A program made the position numbers and the translations under genes. From Lophium mytilinum (lineage: Eukaryota), in the NCBI GenBank assembly GCA_010093605.1, contig MU004189.1, positions 193,834 to 257,833 on the forward strand: DNA of 64,000 nucleotides. The letters are read 5' to 3'. The notes beneath the pieces were generated by a model. The model was not told the DNA's origin. It was given only the letters and a program-made list of their open reading frames with translations, and ran no database searches. Position 1 is the stretch's first letter, and every line of letters begins with the position of its first letter. Below, piece by piece: positions 37,799-50,265 of the stretch.

Positions 37799-38398
37799 TG
37801 ACTCTTTTCCTTCGTCTTTAGTCCTAGCTGGTGTTCGTGGGGTCATGATATCAAACAGTACATGGGTTTCCTTCGGTCTTGGCATGCACAGGGGTGGTTA
37901 TTGCTTCAGAGCATCACAATTAGTGTACATCCGTTGGTGCACATGAGCGTAGTAGCTGGATTCTATGCAGGTGTACGATTCTGAATGAGCGAGAATGGAA
38001 TTGCCAAAAGGAATCATGCATGGTTGCGGTGAAGACACCTGGTGACGTCGAGCTAATACGAAGTAAATCTGCCTTGCCAAGGAGGATTCGGATCGTCAGC
38101 ACGCTACTTCGTAGGTTGAGGCGAGCGACAGCTTGCCCGTAACAATTTATTTATCGACCGACCTCCATTCACCATACACACTGCATCGACCAGTCGCCCG
38201 CCCACAGACCCTCCATTGCACAGCTTGTCCAAGATAGGGACCTCGTAGGTGCACGCAGGATCCAAGCCCTCAAGGGCGACGTACGCATTCTAGCGGGAGT
38301 CCCAACACAGCCCTGCAGCTCATTGCACCGGCATCAGACAAACAGCAGCAGTCTCCGAAACACCCCGTTTGACTACACACCTCGCCATAAACCTCGCA

Positions 38399-40451
38399 AT
38401 GCGGCTATACCGTCTCCCCTCGTGGGGAGCCCTATCGACGCTCCTCCTGCTCGCCCCCTCGCCCTCCTCCGCCTTCTACTTCCCCGGTATGGCGCCGACA
38501 TCGTACAAAGAGGGCGACAAAGTCCCAATGTACGTGAATCACCTCACGCCGGCCGACTCGTCGGTAGACCGCAAGCTGCGGTCGGTCTTCTCATTCGACT
38601 ACTACCACCCGCCGTTCCACTTCTGCCAGCCTGAGGGCGGACCAAAAGAAATTCGCGAGTCGCTAGGCAGCATACTATTTGGGGATCGCATACAAACATC
38701 ACCGTTCGTGCTGCATATGGGGAAGAATGAGTCCTGTAAGGCCATATGCAAAGAAGCGATATTCTCGCCAAGGGATGCGGTGTTTGTGAACAGCAGGATT
38801 TATCAGGGCTATGACCTCAACTGGTTGATTGATGGGCTACCAGCCGCGCAGCTCTTGAAAGACCCGGACTCGGACAAGGAATTCTACAGCCCTGGCTTTG
38901 CGCTGGGGTCGGTTTCAGTTGACCAACCAGTTCTAAACAATCACTATGATATCGTGATTGACTACCATGAGGCTGGGAAGAACAACTTCAGGGTTGTGGG
39001 GGTCTTGGTGGACCCGTACTCCATCAAAGACTCGAAGTTTGTGGATATCGATAAGGGCGAATGCCCAGGACTCGAAGGGGGAAGCACCTCTCCCTTGACT
39101 TTGTCAGAAGAGAAGGATACAGGAGTGACGTACACCTACAGCGTCTACTGGAGGCTTTCCCCGACACCCTTCGCTACTCGCTGGGACAAATACCTCCATG
39201 TCTACGACCCAAAGATCCACTGGTTCTCCCTGATCAACTCTGCCGTCATCGTCACGTTCCTGATTGGAATGGTCAGCACTATTCTCATCCGGACCCTGAG
39301 AAAGGACATTGCGAGGTACAACAGGCTGGATCAGTTTGCATTGGACGATTTTGGTAGCACTAGTGCTGTTGAAGATGGAGTGCAAGAAGATTCTGGGTGG
39401 AAGCTGGTTCATGGAGACGTCTTCCGCTCTCCCACGAACCCCCTATTCCTCAGTATCATGCTTGGCAATGGAGCACAACTTTTCATGATGGCTGGGCTGA
39501 CGATTGGTAAGTATTGTCAATGGAAGCCAAAACACTATACTAATAACGAGCAGCATTCGCTCTTCTCGGCTTCCTCTCCCCGTCCAACCGCGGCTCCTTA
39601 GCGACTGTCATGATCATCTTCTACACCGTCTTCGGCTTCATCGGCGGCTACGTCTCTTCACGCCTCTACAAGTTCTTCGGTGGCGAAAAGTGGAAGCAAA
39701 ACTTTGCCTATACGCCCTTTGCGCTGCCCGGCCTTGTCTTCGCCGTCTTCTTCCTCCTGAATCTTTTCGTCTGGGCTCGCGCATCTTCCGGCGCCGTTCC
39801 TTTCTCAACCATGCTCGTCATCGTCCTCATCTGGTTCCTGATCTCCGTCCCACTCTCCCTTGCTGGCTCCTGGCTCGGCTTCAAACAGCCTGCCATTGAG
39901 CAACCTGTTCGTACCAACCAGATCCCCCGCCAAATCCCACCAAGCGGCGGCTATCTCCGCGCTTTCCCGAGCATGGCGCTCGCCGGCGTCCTCCCCTTCG
40001 GCGCCATCTTCGTCGAGCTCTACTTCATTATGAACTCGATCTGGTTTAGCAAGGTCTACTATATGTTTGGTTTCCTGTTTATTTGCTACGGGCTCATGAT
40101 CATGACGTGTGCGGCGGTGACGGTGCTGATGATTTACTTCCTGCTCTGTGCTGAGAATTACCATTGGCAGTGGAGGAGCTTTTGCACAGCGGGCGCAAGT
40201 GCGGCGTACGTCTTCCTGGCGGCGATCTTGTACTGGGTTAAGGATTTGAGCTTTGGGAGCTGGACAAGTGGGGTGTTGTATCTAGGGTACAGTGCGCTGC
40301 TTAGTGTGCTGTTTTTCGTGCTTACAGGTATGTTTCCCCCATCTCACATGACAACCTTTTGAACCGTAACTAACACAAGTCAGGCACAATCGGCTTTTTC
40401 GCCTCCTGGCTCTTCGTTCTCAAGATTTATAAGTCCATCAAAGTCGACTAA
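38399..40451 (+). CDS. EMP70: Transmembrane 9 superfamily (EMP70/TM9SF) protein
   Basis: Signal peptide then FYFPG, ESLGSILFGDRI, RWDKYL, IHWFSLINS, SGWKLVHGDVFR, VRTNQIPRQIP, ENYHWQWRSF and C-terminal IKVD*. Confidence 0.95.
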
Positions 40452-40857
40452 ACACCAGCTTGATAGTAATTACGATTTTGGAGCTGGCAGTAAAGCAGGC
40501 ACGAAAGATGGCGAGTATCCAGCAAGCGCAATACAGCGGGCGCAGTTCTTTCTTACTGTCAAAAATAGGGAACACTTGTTACCTTTTGTATATTTAGAAC
40601 GACCTGTCAGTGGAGTCTGGAACTTCGGTTTTCTTGGCACGTATGGCATGGCGTTGGTTATGTATGACATTGCTGAGACAAGAGCAAAACGGTCTTGTGT
40701 ATGCTTCTTGTACACGCTTTTACCGTGGTCCAACATGATCAATCAAAGGACGAATCGGAACTGTTTTACTCGGTCGTATAGATTATAGAACCGCATACGT
40801 TCAAACCAACCCCCCTCCCCCTTATCACCAAACCCCCTTTTCCCCCCTTTACTCAGA

Positions 40858-42252
40858 CTAGAATATCGCCACCGCATTCGGCGGACTCGCCACACCCCCA
40901 GGCACCTTCAACGGCACGCTCGCGACGAAAAAACTCCACCGCTTCTTCTCCTCGCACACCCGCGCTAGCTCCTCTAGATCAAACAGCTCCCCAATCGGCA
41001 CCCCCCACCCCGCCAACAGCCACTGGTGCAGCAAGCCCCCGCCCTGCATCTCCCCCTCGAAACTCTCCCCGGCCCACACCCCGCCTATGGCTGTGTGCGG
41101 GCCCGCGATCGGCGCGCGCTCGAACGACGGCGCGTCCGACGCGACGGCGCAGAAGCCGCTGTCCCAGATCCAGCGCAGCACGGCGAGCGAGGGCTCGAGG
41201 CCGATGAAGTCGGGGGAGGGGCGGGTGGCGAGGGCGGCTTGGGCGGCCGGGGGTAGGGCTTCGTAGGCGAGGGTGAAGCCGGAGCGGAGCAGGAGGATGT
41301 CGCCGGCGCGGGGGACGGTGTTGGTGGAGGCGAGCATTTGGCGGATGTGGGAGAGGGGGATGGAGGTGCTGGTTAGGGCGGAGACGGGCAGGGAGTGGGT
41401 GGTGCAGAAGCGGGGGTAGTCGAGGAGGATGCCGCGGGTTGTGAGGCCGCCGGCGGAGACCCAGGCTGGGAGGGGGGTGAGTTTGGGGGGTTTTTTCGAT
41501 GGGAGATGGGAGGGGGCAGGGGTTGGGGTTGGGGTTGGGGTTGGGTAGGAGGTTGAGGTAGATTGAAGAGGTGAGATTGGGGTAAGATAACATAGCGCGA
41601 AGAGCTTAAGAAAGATTTGAGAGGTTGAAAAGATGGAGTCATAGGGTTGAGACGGAGGCGTGAGGTCGAGATTGCCTTACCATCTATACCGATTACGTTC
41701 GGATCATCCAATTCTTCTTGGACGTGGCCATTGTAAAACCTTTTCGCTTTTTGGTATCCTGCAGTGAGCAGTAACGGGGTCAGACTCTTTTCTGATTCCT
41801 CGATATCTCTTCCAATGAAGAAAAACTTACCGTAATGCCTAAACCCATCCCACTGACTGCTGCATTGCGTATTGAAAGTCAATATATCGTCGTTTACTGC
41901 ACGCTTCTCGCCGTCTGGCTTTGCTGCGTCAACACTGTCCCACAAATCTCCCCATACCAATGCCAGGACAGCAAAGAGGGCTATTTACTTTACTGCGATT
42001 CACAAGCTTCCACTCAAACGGGTTCCGATCAAAGCTTGGATGGCTCGGCTTATTAAGATACCAATCAAGGCTCACGCGCTCCCCCGTTTTGATCTCGGTT
42101 GCAGCCGCAGCCACGACCGCGGGCGTGAGCATGTTCAGGGCGCCAAGTGCATCTTCTGAACCGTACAGTCCCCAGGCATTGCCTGCTGGGCCGGAGGGGT
42201 CGAGGGGAAGAGACGAGAAAGGCGGACGGGGTGGTGGATTGGTGATGACCAT
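40858..42252 (-). CDS. Putative cyclase/kynurenine formamidase-like metal-dependent hydrolase, multi-exon
   Basis: GNAWGLYG, LGALNML, EIKTGERVSLDW, FNTQCSSQWDGFRHYG, GDILLLRSG, LHQWLLAGWGVPIGELFDLE, GGVASPPNAVAIF. Confidence 0.88.
41519..41545. repeat. (GGGGTT)4GGG tract in an intron; G-quadruplex-capable
   Basis: ggggttggggttggggttggggttggg inside the 215-nt intron at 41466-41680. Confidence 0.85.
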
Positions 42253-42568
42253 TTTGGAGATGATAGGCTGAATTGATTACTTAATTGCTAGAAGGAAACT
42301 TGATAGAAGAACGAAAATGATGTTAAAAGAGAATCTGAGTCTTGCCGCATTAATCTTGACATGGTCCTTCCTTCAATCATAAATAGTGATGAGGTGCAGC
42401 GTGAGAGTCGTGAAAGCCCCGCAAAAAAGGTGGGGCGAGCGGGCTTCTCTCCGCGTTTGACTCCTCTTCCTGATTAGGAGAAAAGACGGAGAACAGCACT
42501 GCCCGTGGTGTCACCGCATCGAATTGAGATACAAAAAGAGCAGTTGAGTTGACGAAATTAACAACTTT

Positions 42569-44552
42569 TCAACTGATATGCGGAACATACTGAGACCAAC
42601 TAGGTTGCCTATACACTTCTTCCGGAAGTCTTGCAATATTGAGGAAGCATTCCACAACAAGGTAGGTCCTCGAAAAGAGATAAAGGGGAGGAACGAGTAA
42701 CCAGAACAGGATTATTATAACCCAATCATGATCAGACACTTTGGGGAACTTGTTCATTCCAAACAAGGCGCCTAGTACCGCAAGCAAAGCAGGACCAGCA
42801 CCGAAAATTGCCGCGCTCGACATCCGCCATAGTATCCGTTGCGTGTGAGATGCAAAAGGCGCCGTCCAAGCCAAAAGGTACAGCCCACCATATACAAATC
42901 CAGCGAGAATGAAAGCAAGCATATCCGTGTATGGTAGGGCTTCGTCGAAGGGGAAGCTTTCAAATAAGCCGGATTTGAGACGTCTCTTCACAGCTACCAA
43001 CGGATATTCCGAAAAGCTACTAAATAGCCTATATCTCATGTGATGTAAACTCCATGGGTCTATACAATACGTCGTGCTCCGCAGGGATATTTGGTCGGGT
43101 GGGTCTGGATACTTTTGTAACGCCTCCGATGCTAGCTTCCACAAGCGAGAGCATACCTCATCTAGCTCGATCCAAGTACTTTGGGGATCTTCAGTGCCGG
43201 GAAAAGAAAGAAAAGAAACTTGGATATTATAGTGGGCGTGGTCGGGTAAGAGTCTAAGTGTCGAGCCCGGCTCTACAGCGTTTATGTGTACAGTTTCCGC
43301 AGGAAAGGCCGCATCGGAATCAATACTAGCGTTGTCGCTCGTCCTGTCCCGTTCGCGTAGTGTGATCGTCTCAGATAAGGGGAAACCGTAGGAAACCGCT
43401 TTTTGCCAAGGCAAGGCATCACCTAGGCTACCCCTCATCAAGGAGAAAAGAGCACAGATGGGATGAGCATCTTCTCCTTTGATCAAGGTGGGCTCTTGAG
43501 CATCTAGTGGCTTATCCCACCAAAGCAGGTAGATAAGTAGTGTACAAATGGCATGTGCGGAGACGTTAAGCTCTAGTAGACTGATCGGAAGGCCTTCAGC
43601 TATTCGCGTAATACAGACAACGCAGAACCATAGCGCCTGAGAGCACACGATGAATTTAGCCAGGCCGTTTGCTTTCCCTTTATCTTCAATGTCTTCTTTT
43701 GAGATATCTGGAATAAGTCGTGGTTCCATCCGTGCGATAAGTCGAAGTCCAACTGGTGTGAGTACGACGCGCCGAAGGCTATTTGGGAGGAATGGCTGGT
43801 CGGCATCGCTGGTGTCCATTGCAAATCCGCCCATTCTGGTGTAGAAGCCGTGGACTAATGTCCATGGCTGCTTTCCATGGTACGGAGAATTTCCGAGGTT
43901 GTAAAAATCTTCCTGCATCTAACATTCGGGTAAGATAAGGCATACATACGCAAGGTGGACTTAAGTCATATGCGACATGACGGAGTCGAGATGACATCAG
44001 ACTACTAAGAAAATCTAATGGAACAAAACGATGCAGGGATGGAGTGGACACTGGCAGCTAGACATTGACTGGTGGGCTAAAAAGTGAAGGACTTTCGCTG
44101 CAACGTTCGCTTACCTCGATAGTATCTGCAGAAGATTCACCTCCCTTTCTCATTATCCTTTTCATGCTGTTGAATATCTTTCTATGAAGTGGTATCAAAG
44201 GTTCCAGTTCTTGGAGTTTGCGCATATAGTTGCAGATCTTAAGAGCCTCTTGTCGCTCCCGAAAAGCAGCATACGCGATCTGTTATTGAGTCAGCCTGAA
44301 GACCCAAAGATCCCATGAAATTTCGATTCCTACGAGTTCGGGGGCCAAAAGGCCTACAAGAAGCCATCCAAGCCTTCGCCATCGCTGACTGGAAAGTTTG
44401 CCATGCTCCGGCAAGTTGAGATGAACGACCGTCCACACGCATAAGCCCATTGTTACTAGGCATGTGGATAGTACGCTGTATGTCCCCCGATGGGTAGGTT
44501 CCGGTTTCCATACTGAATGATTGCTTGGATGGCTTCCAAAAGGGGCGAACAT
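42569..44552 (-). CDS. Multi-pass membrane protein of a widespread uncharacterised fungal family; middle exon junction uncertain
   Basis: WKPEPTHRGT...CVWTVVHLNLP...LLAPEL, WTLVHGFYTRMGGF, IEDKGKANGLAK, LPISLLEL, WWDKPLD, RTYLVVECF, WSQYVPHI. Confidence 0.75.
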
Positions 44553-45222
44553 GACTCTGGATTTGCGACACGCTGAGATCACCGCCCGAGATCCAACGGA
44601 AACCCCTAAGTGGTGATTCCGGTGAACAAGGCTGTGTAACAGACTCGGTCTTCTTCGATGTCGGGATTTTGCCGCTGATAGTTAACACACGAAAAGAAAA
44701 ATGCCAAAAAAGATGGAAGAGGGACGGTTTTCCTACGTCCGGACCACTTTAGCAGATGGTGTATGAGGGAGAAACTCATGGCGGAAGATTTTCGAAGAAG
44801 GCTGAAATTGTTGAAGGCTGTGGCTAGTCCACGACCTCCTTGGCAAAGGTAGAAGGCTGAAAGTCTGCATTTGATGCTAGCCCAAACGGTATATTCTACA
44901 CGTGACCTCAAGGAGTCCAATCATTTGCCGTAGCCTTGTCGCAATGAATCTCCGACCCTGAGGGCTCCCCGCGTCGATCATTCACGATGAGTATCACCTC
45001 CAGGCCCAACAACCTGTTTTCAGATATACCCCCGGACAAAGTGCTATCCGCCACAGAGACTGGGAGGCCAACCAGGCCGTGGCACCGCTGGACCATCATG
45101 CAATGGACAAACTTCATGCATGAGAAGGTCGCTCTATCAATGTCCTCACGTCGATCCCATCTCATCTCCTGAACAGCCTGCTATCCCTCTAATTTCGAGT
45201 CTTTGAGAGACCTCTGTTCGTG

Positions 45223-46202
45223 ATGTTCAGTCGTATCGCTTCTTTACAAATCCACGTTGTCATTGCTTCTCTTTGCCTATCGCGTCTTTCTTATGCCACA
45301 AACGACGGAAACTTTACCATCGTAGGAGGACAAATCTATACTCCTGGTCTTGCAATTCTAGACTCGGTATGCCTGCCTGCTTCGCCGTTAGTTGAGAGAA
45401 GGAGGGGTTCTAACAGCCGCTACAGCCTCAACCTTTCACCCCGGAAGGCGGAGACTTTCTACAAGTTGCGCTCGACATTTCAGGCGATGGCCGTCTACCG
45501 CAGCCCCCAAATAATTCCGACCCACTTACGCAAATCTTCAACATCACTCTCTTCCTTACATCCTACTCCACCCAGAAAAACTTCACCATCTCTAATGGAA
45601 CTGGCTCTCTCCCGCCCTTCGCCGACATCATGGCCCAAGAACCTGGTAGCACCGTCAAGCACGTCAACTATGAGTGGCCCGACTGCCTGACTGGTGATGG
45701 GAAGGACACCACCGGAACGGCTAGAGGAAACTACAACATCTCAATCCACCAGAATTACCGGCTGAACGGGTCGAATTTCTACACCATCTTCAATCTGCCG
45801 ATCATGGTCACAAACGGGATTGTGCCATTCCCTCCAGCCACGCAGATTCTCGTCAAGCCGATTCCAGGGCCCGTAAACGCCAATGGTGGCCGTGTGGCTT
45901 GCGCATTGCTAGAGAACAGGTTGCTGAGCGACACCGAGCAGCTTGATAGCATCAATAACCCGCCATTTCAGCCACATATTGGTGGGGAAGTCTCTATCAG
46001 TGGGACTAATAATAATGGAGGTGGAGGTAATGGGGGTGGAGGCACAGTGGGAAATCCTGGGCAGAACAACAATGGTGGTAAAAGCAATGGTAATGGTGAT
46101 GGACAGGGTGTCATTGGTAATGTCGGAAAGAGATACAGAGCCGACTTCGCCTCATTGATCGTAGCTCTCGGGATGGCAATGGGTATTGGAATACTCGGAT
46201 AG
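45223..46202 (+). CDS. Secreted, probably GPI-anchored conserved fungal protein; 2 exons
   Basis: Signal peptide, GGQIYTPGLAILDS/PQPFTP, QEPGSTVKHVN, G/N-rich linker, hydrophobic C-terminus. Confidence 0.78.
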
Positions 46203-46728
46203 AGCCTGCATTAGAGGCAGGTCTCTAAGAGCGAATCTTCGAGGCTACTATCACACTTGCGACGACCGGATCAATGCAACTATGATTTCTTTTCGACTTG
46301 TCGTCGATGAAAATCCGAATGAGGAAGTCCATCCTGCTAGGTTTCATATCTGTAACTTCCTAGCGTCATGCATGGCCACGTTTTCGGGATGTTTCAGCCC
46401 TATGCCATATGGACTAATACCCGAAGCTCCATGTGAAAGAGCCTCGGGTGATACGAGTGATGTGGGAGTACATTAGAACTGGGAGTTTCAAGTGGTTCGC
46501 TATGAGAATACTGTTCTAGGTAGGTTCTGACGGATTCCAGACACGTTTGGAGTGCACAAGGCTCAGACTTCACGTCTATCTAAGTCCAGCCATTAGCAAC
46601 CAGTCTTTCTATTTCCCCCAGTTCAGAGAGATCTTGACCCCAGGCATTTCCAAGAGTGGTTTGAAGGGTTACCTATCCAAACCCAAGGACTCTAGCACCA
46701 GTACAAACTTAGTCCCTGGACCCGAACG

Positions 46729-48039
46729 CTACCACTCCCTAACCTCCCCACCCGGCCCAATGAACCCCGGACTAACCCACGCCTTCGCGTTCCTCGAAAG
46801 CTCCCTCACCTGCGCCTCGTCAACCTCGATCCCCAACCCTGGCCCCTTGAGCAACTCAATATACCCATCCTTCACATCCCAGACTTCGGGATTCTTCACA
46901 TAACTGGTCAGATCCTGACTCCCGGCGTTATAATGGATCCCCAAACTCATCTCCTGAATCGCAAAATTCGGCATCACAGCATCCACCTGCACATTCGCCG
47001 CCAACGCAATCGGCCCCAGCGGACAGTGCGGCGCCACAGCCACGTCGTACGTCTCGCACATCGCCGCTATTTTCTTCACTTCTGATATCCCACCCACGTG
47101 GCTGATATCCGGCTGCAAGATGTCCACGCAGCCGGCCTCGAGGAAGGGGCGCACGTCCCAGCGGCTATGCAGGCGCTCGCCGAGGGCGATGGGCGTGCTG
47201 GTGAGTTGGGAGATTTGAGTGATGCCGCCGATATGCTCGGAAAGTAGGGGCTCCTCGATGAATAGGGGGAAATGAGGTTCTAAGGCTTTTGCGAGCTGCT
47301 TCGCCATTGGTTTGTGCACGCGGCCGTGGAAGTCGATCCCAGCGTCCATGCCGAGGGCTTTGACGGCTTTGAGCCGCTCGACACAATCGTTGAGCGCGGC
47401 GGGGGAGTCGAGCCAGCCGATGTCTTCAGTGCCGTTCATTTTGACGGAGAGGAAGCCTTGCGCTTTCCGTGCGAGGCTTGGGAGTGTGAGTAGGAGTGAT
47501 GGGTGTCTTTTAGGAGGAGAGATAGAGGAAACTCACGCTTGTTTTTCAATGTCTCCAGGACGATCGCCGCCGATCCAGGCGTAGACTTTAAGTTTGTCGC
47601 GGCATTTGCCTCCAAGGAGCTGGTAGATGGGCACGCCGAGCTTCCTGGCTGAGAAGAAGTTGGTTTTGAGACGCGGCATAATGACTCGATGAATACTCAC
47701 CCTTCAAATCCCATAGCGCAATATCTATACCAGCTAATGCGCTCATGAAAACAGGACCACCCCTATAGAAGCTCGTCCGCCAGGACATCTGCCAGATGTG
47801 TTCGATCTCACTGATTGGTTGGTTAGAAGTACTTGAACATTGGACCACTGTATCTTGACGTACTCAGCTTCAAATCCGATGTAGCGCTCAATCCACGCAT
47901 CAAGACATCCTTCTACTGCCTGAGTATGTCCCTCTAGTGATGCCTCACCCCAGCCGGTGTTCCCGGCATCGTCGGTGATCTTCACAAAGAGCCAGCGTGG
48001 GGGCACACGGAAGTATTCTATGGTCGATATTTTACCCAT
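46729..48039 (-). CDS. D-galactonate dehydratase (enolase superfamily, mandelate racemase subgroup, DgoD-like), multi-exon
   Basis: [75 protein letters not shown]. Confidence 0.92.
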
Positions 48040-48666
48040 TATGAGTGCTTCTATGTAGGGAACGTTGAGAAGAAATCTTTATAATGTATTTATACTTGCA
48101 ATATAGATCTTATGAGTTAAGGAAATTCTAGTAATGCCGGATTTGGTAGTAGAAAGAGTATTGGTGTATGATGAAAAGCGTCACTATCCAGGACGTCGGA
48201 GAAAAGCACCTCGTAGCTTTGTGATAGACCCGCTAAAGGCCCGGTATTAGATTGACCGAGTTGTAGAACTGTTTGTCACGGCAGTCTCTAGAAAAACCAA
48301 CGTAACATGATACAAGACTCTCATAGTAGTGAAGAGAAACACCTCTTTCATCTCATGTATACTTTCGAAAGCACATCAACAGTAGCCTCATCGTTGGCCA
48401 CAAATAGGAGCTCGCTGTTCGAACAAGAACGCCTCTTCGACCGAGCTCTCTTCAGTACCGATATCGGTAGTGGGGCACGCGGGGTAGTAATGATTCCAGC
48501 AAGTCGTGTCTTCGGTGTATCCCGCACCCGGCACGTCCTCGGAGGAGAATATGCCGAAGACGCGAGATGCATTTGATATAGGAAGAGAGATGATGAATCT
48601 TGGATGTAGACTTGATAAACCGTACTGCTCAAGTGTCGTTACTCAAATCAAACTAACTTGCTCACC

Positions 48667-49756
48667 ATGCCAACCGCACGTACCCCCCCAACCGGCGTCT
48701 GGGTCCCCTCCCCGACCTTCTTCAAACCCGCTTCCGCCAGCCAGTCTCTTCAGCCTGCCGTCGACATCGAAACCCAGATCAAACACAGCGTCCACCTCGC
48801 GAAAAATGGCGTCCGCGGGCTCGTCCTCCTCGGCTCTACCGCCGAGGCCATACACCTCTCCCGCAACGAACGCATCAGCCTGACCGCAGGCGTCCGCAAA
48901 GGCATGAACGATGCCGGGTTCCCAGACTACCCCGTTATGGCCGGCGTGCTGGTCAACTCTGTCGATGAGGTGCTTGAGTGGTTAGAAGATCTAGGGAAAG
49001 CGGGTGCTCAATGGGGCCTTGTGCTAGCACCGGGGTATTTTGGGGCTGCTGTGAATCAGGAGAATCTCAAGGAGTGGTTTACGGTTGTGGCGGATAAGAG
49101 CCCAATTCCCATTTTGATGTTAGAAAGCGTGGACTCGTAGTTGTGTATGGATGGTGGCTAATGGAGGTGGCAGTTACAACTACCCTGGTGTGACGAACAA
49201 CCTCATGGTCACGCCGGACACGTATGCACATCTGGCACAACATCCGAACATAGTGGGATGTAAACTGTAAGAACTTTGCAACTGTTCACGATGAAGGAAG
49301 ATTGGCTAACAGGAAGATATCAGGTCTCACGGCAACGTCTCCTATCACACCCAAGTCTCCACCGACCCCAGTATCGACCATGACAAGTTCCGTGTATACA
49401 GTGGAATTGGATCACAACTCGGCCCTATCGTCCTCTTTGGCGCCGCAGGTGTCATCGATGGCCTAGCTGCATACTACCCCAGGGCTGTATCTCGCCTAAT
49501 GGATCTGGCAAAAAAGAGACCAATTGAACCGAAAGCGTTGCAAGAGATTCAAGCCCAGCAGTTCGTGGTCAGCCAGGCGTGGGAGTTCATTGTGAAGTTT
49601 GGAATACTAGGTATCAGAGAGGCTATATATCAAGTCCTCGGAATGGGAACTGTAGAAGGAGGTCGGCTACCACTGAAGGGAAGGATACCTGACGGCGAAT
49701 GGGCGAAGTGGGAGGCTATGCACTCGAAAATGCAGGCTCTAGAGGATGCACCGTAA
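48667..49756 (+). CDS. DHDPS/NAL-family class I aldolase (2-keto-3-deoxy sugar-acid aldolase, GaaC/LGA1-like), 3 exons
   Basis: GVWVPSPTFF, LLGSTAEA, LVLAPGYF, PILI/YNYPGV, HPNIVGCKL/SHGN (Schiff-base Lys), GVIDGLA. Confidence 0.9.
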
Positions 49757-50265
49757 AGTAATAGTCAAAATTCAAAGCCTAGCTGGGCTCTTTGGGATCT
49801 TTCGTAGTTGGCTTGCTCCTTTTACGACGGTGAACCAAGGACAAGTGCCTTCGAAGTGATCTTCGGAACTTGTACCACACTCCGCCGAACATTAGTCTAC
49901 AGTGAGCTAGGGTCTGAAATGACAGGGTACTTTCTACATGAGTGCTTTTTGGGATTTCATACTATGTATTAGAGTCGTCAAGTGTACATGGGACATGAAA
50001 GAAGGGGCAATCGGTCAGTATGTAGTATATCATCTAAGACTATGAAGACCGGAAAATAAAAAGGATCATATTGCCAGTACCCAGCATTAGGTGGAAGTTC
50101 ACGTGTTTTCGCGTTTAGCGCTCTGCCAGCATAATACGGTTAGCGTCTTTAGCAGCCACATCTGCACATTCCCTAACCTCTAGTTTCTCCTACCTGACTC
50201 TTCCTCCATCCATCACTCTGCTCAACTTCTATTCCTCCCATACCACCCAGCTTGCTACCTTCAAA

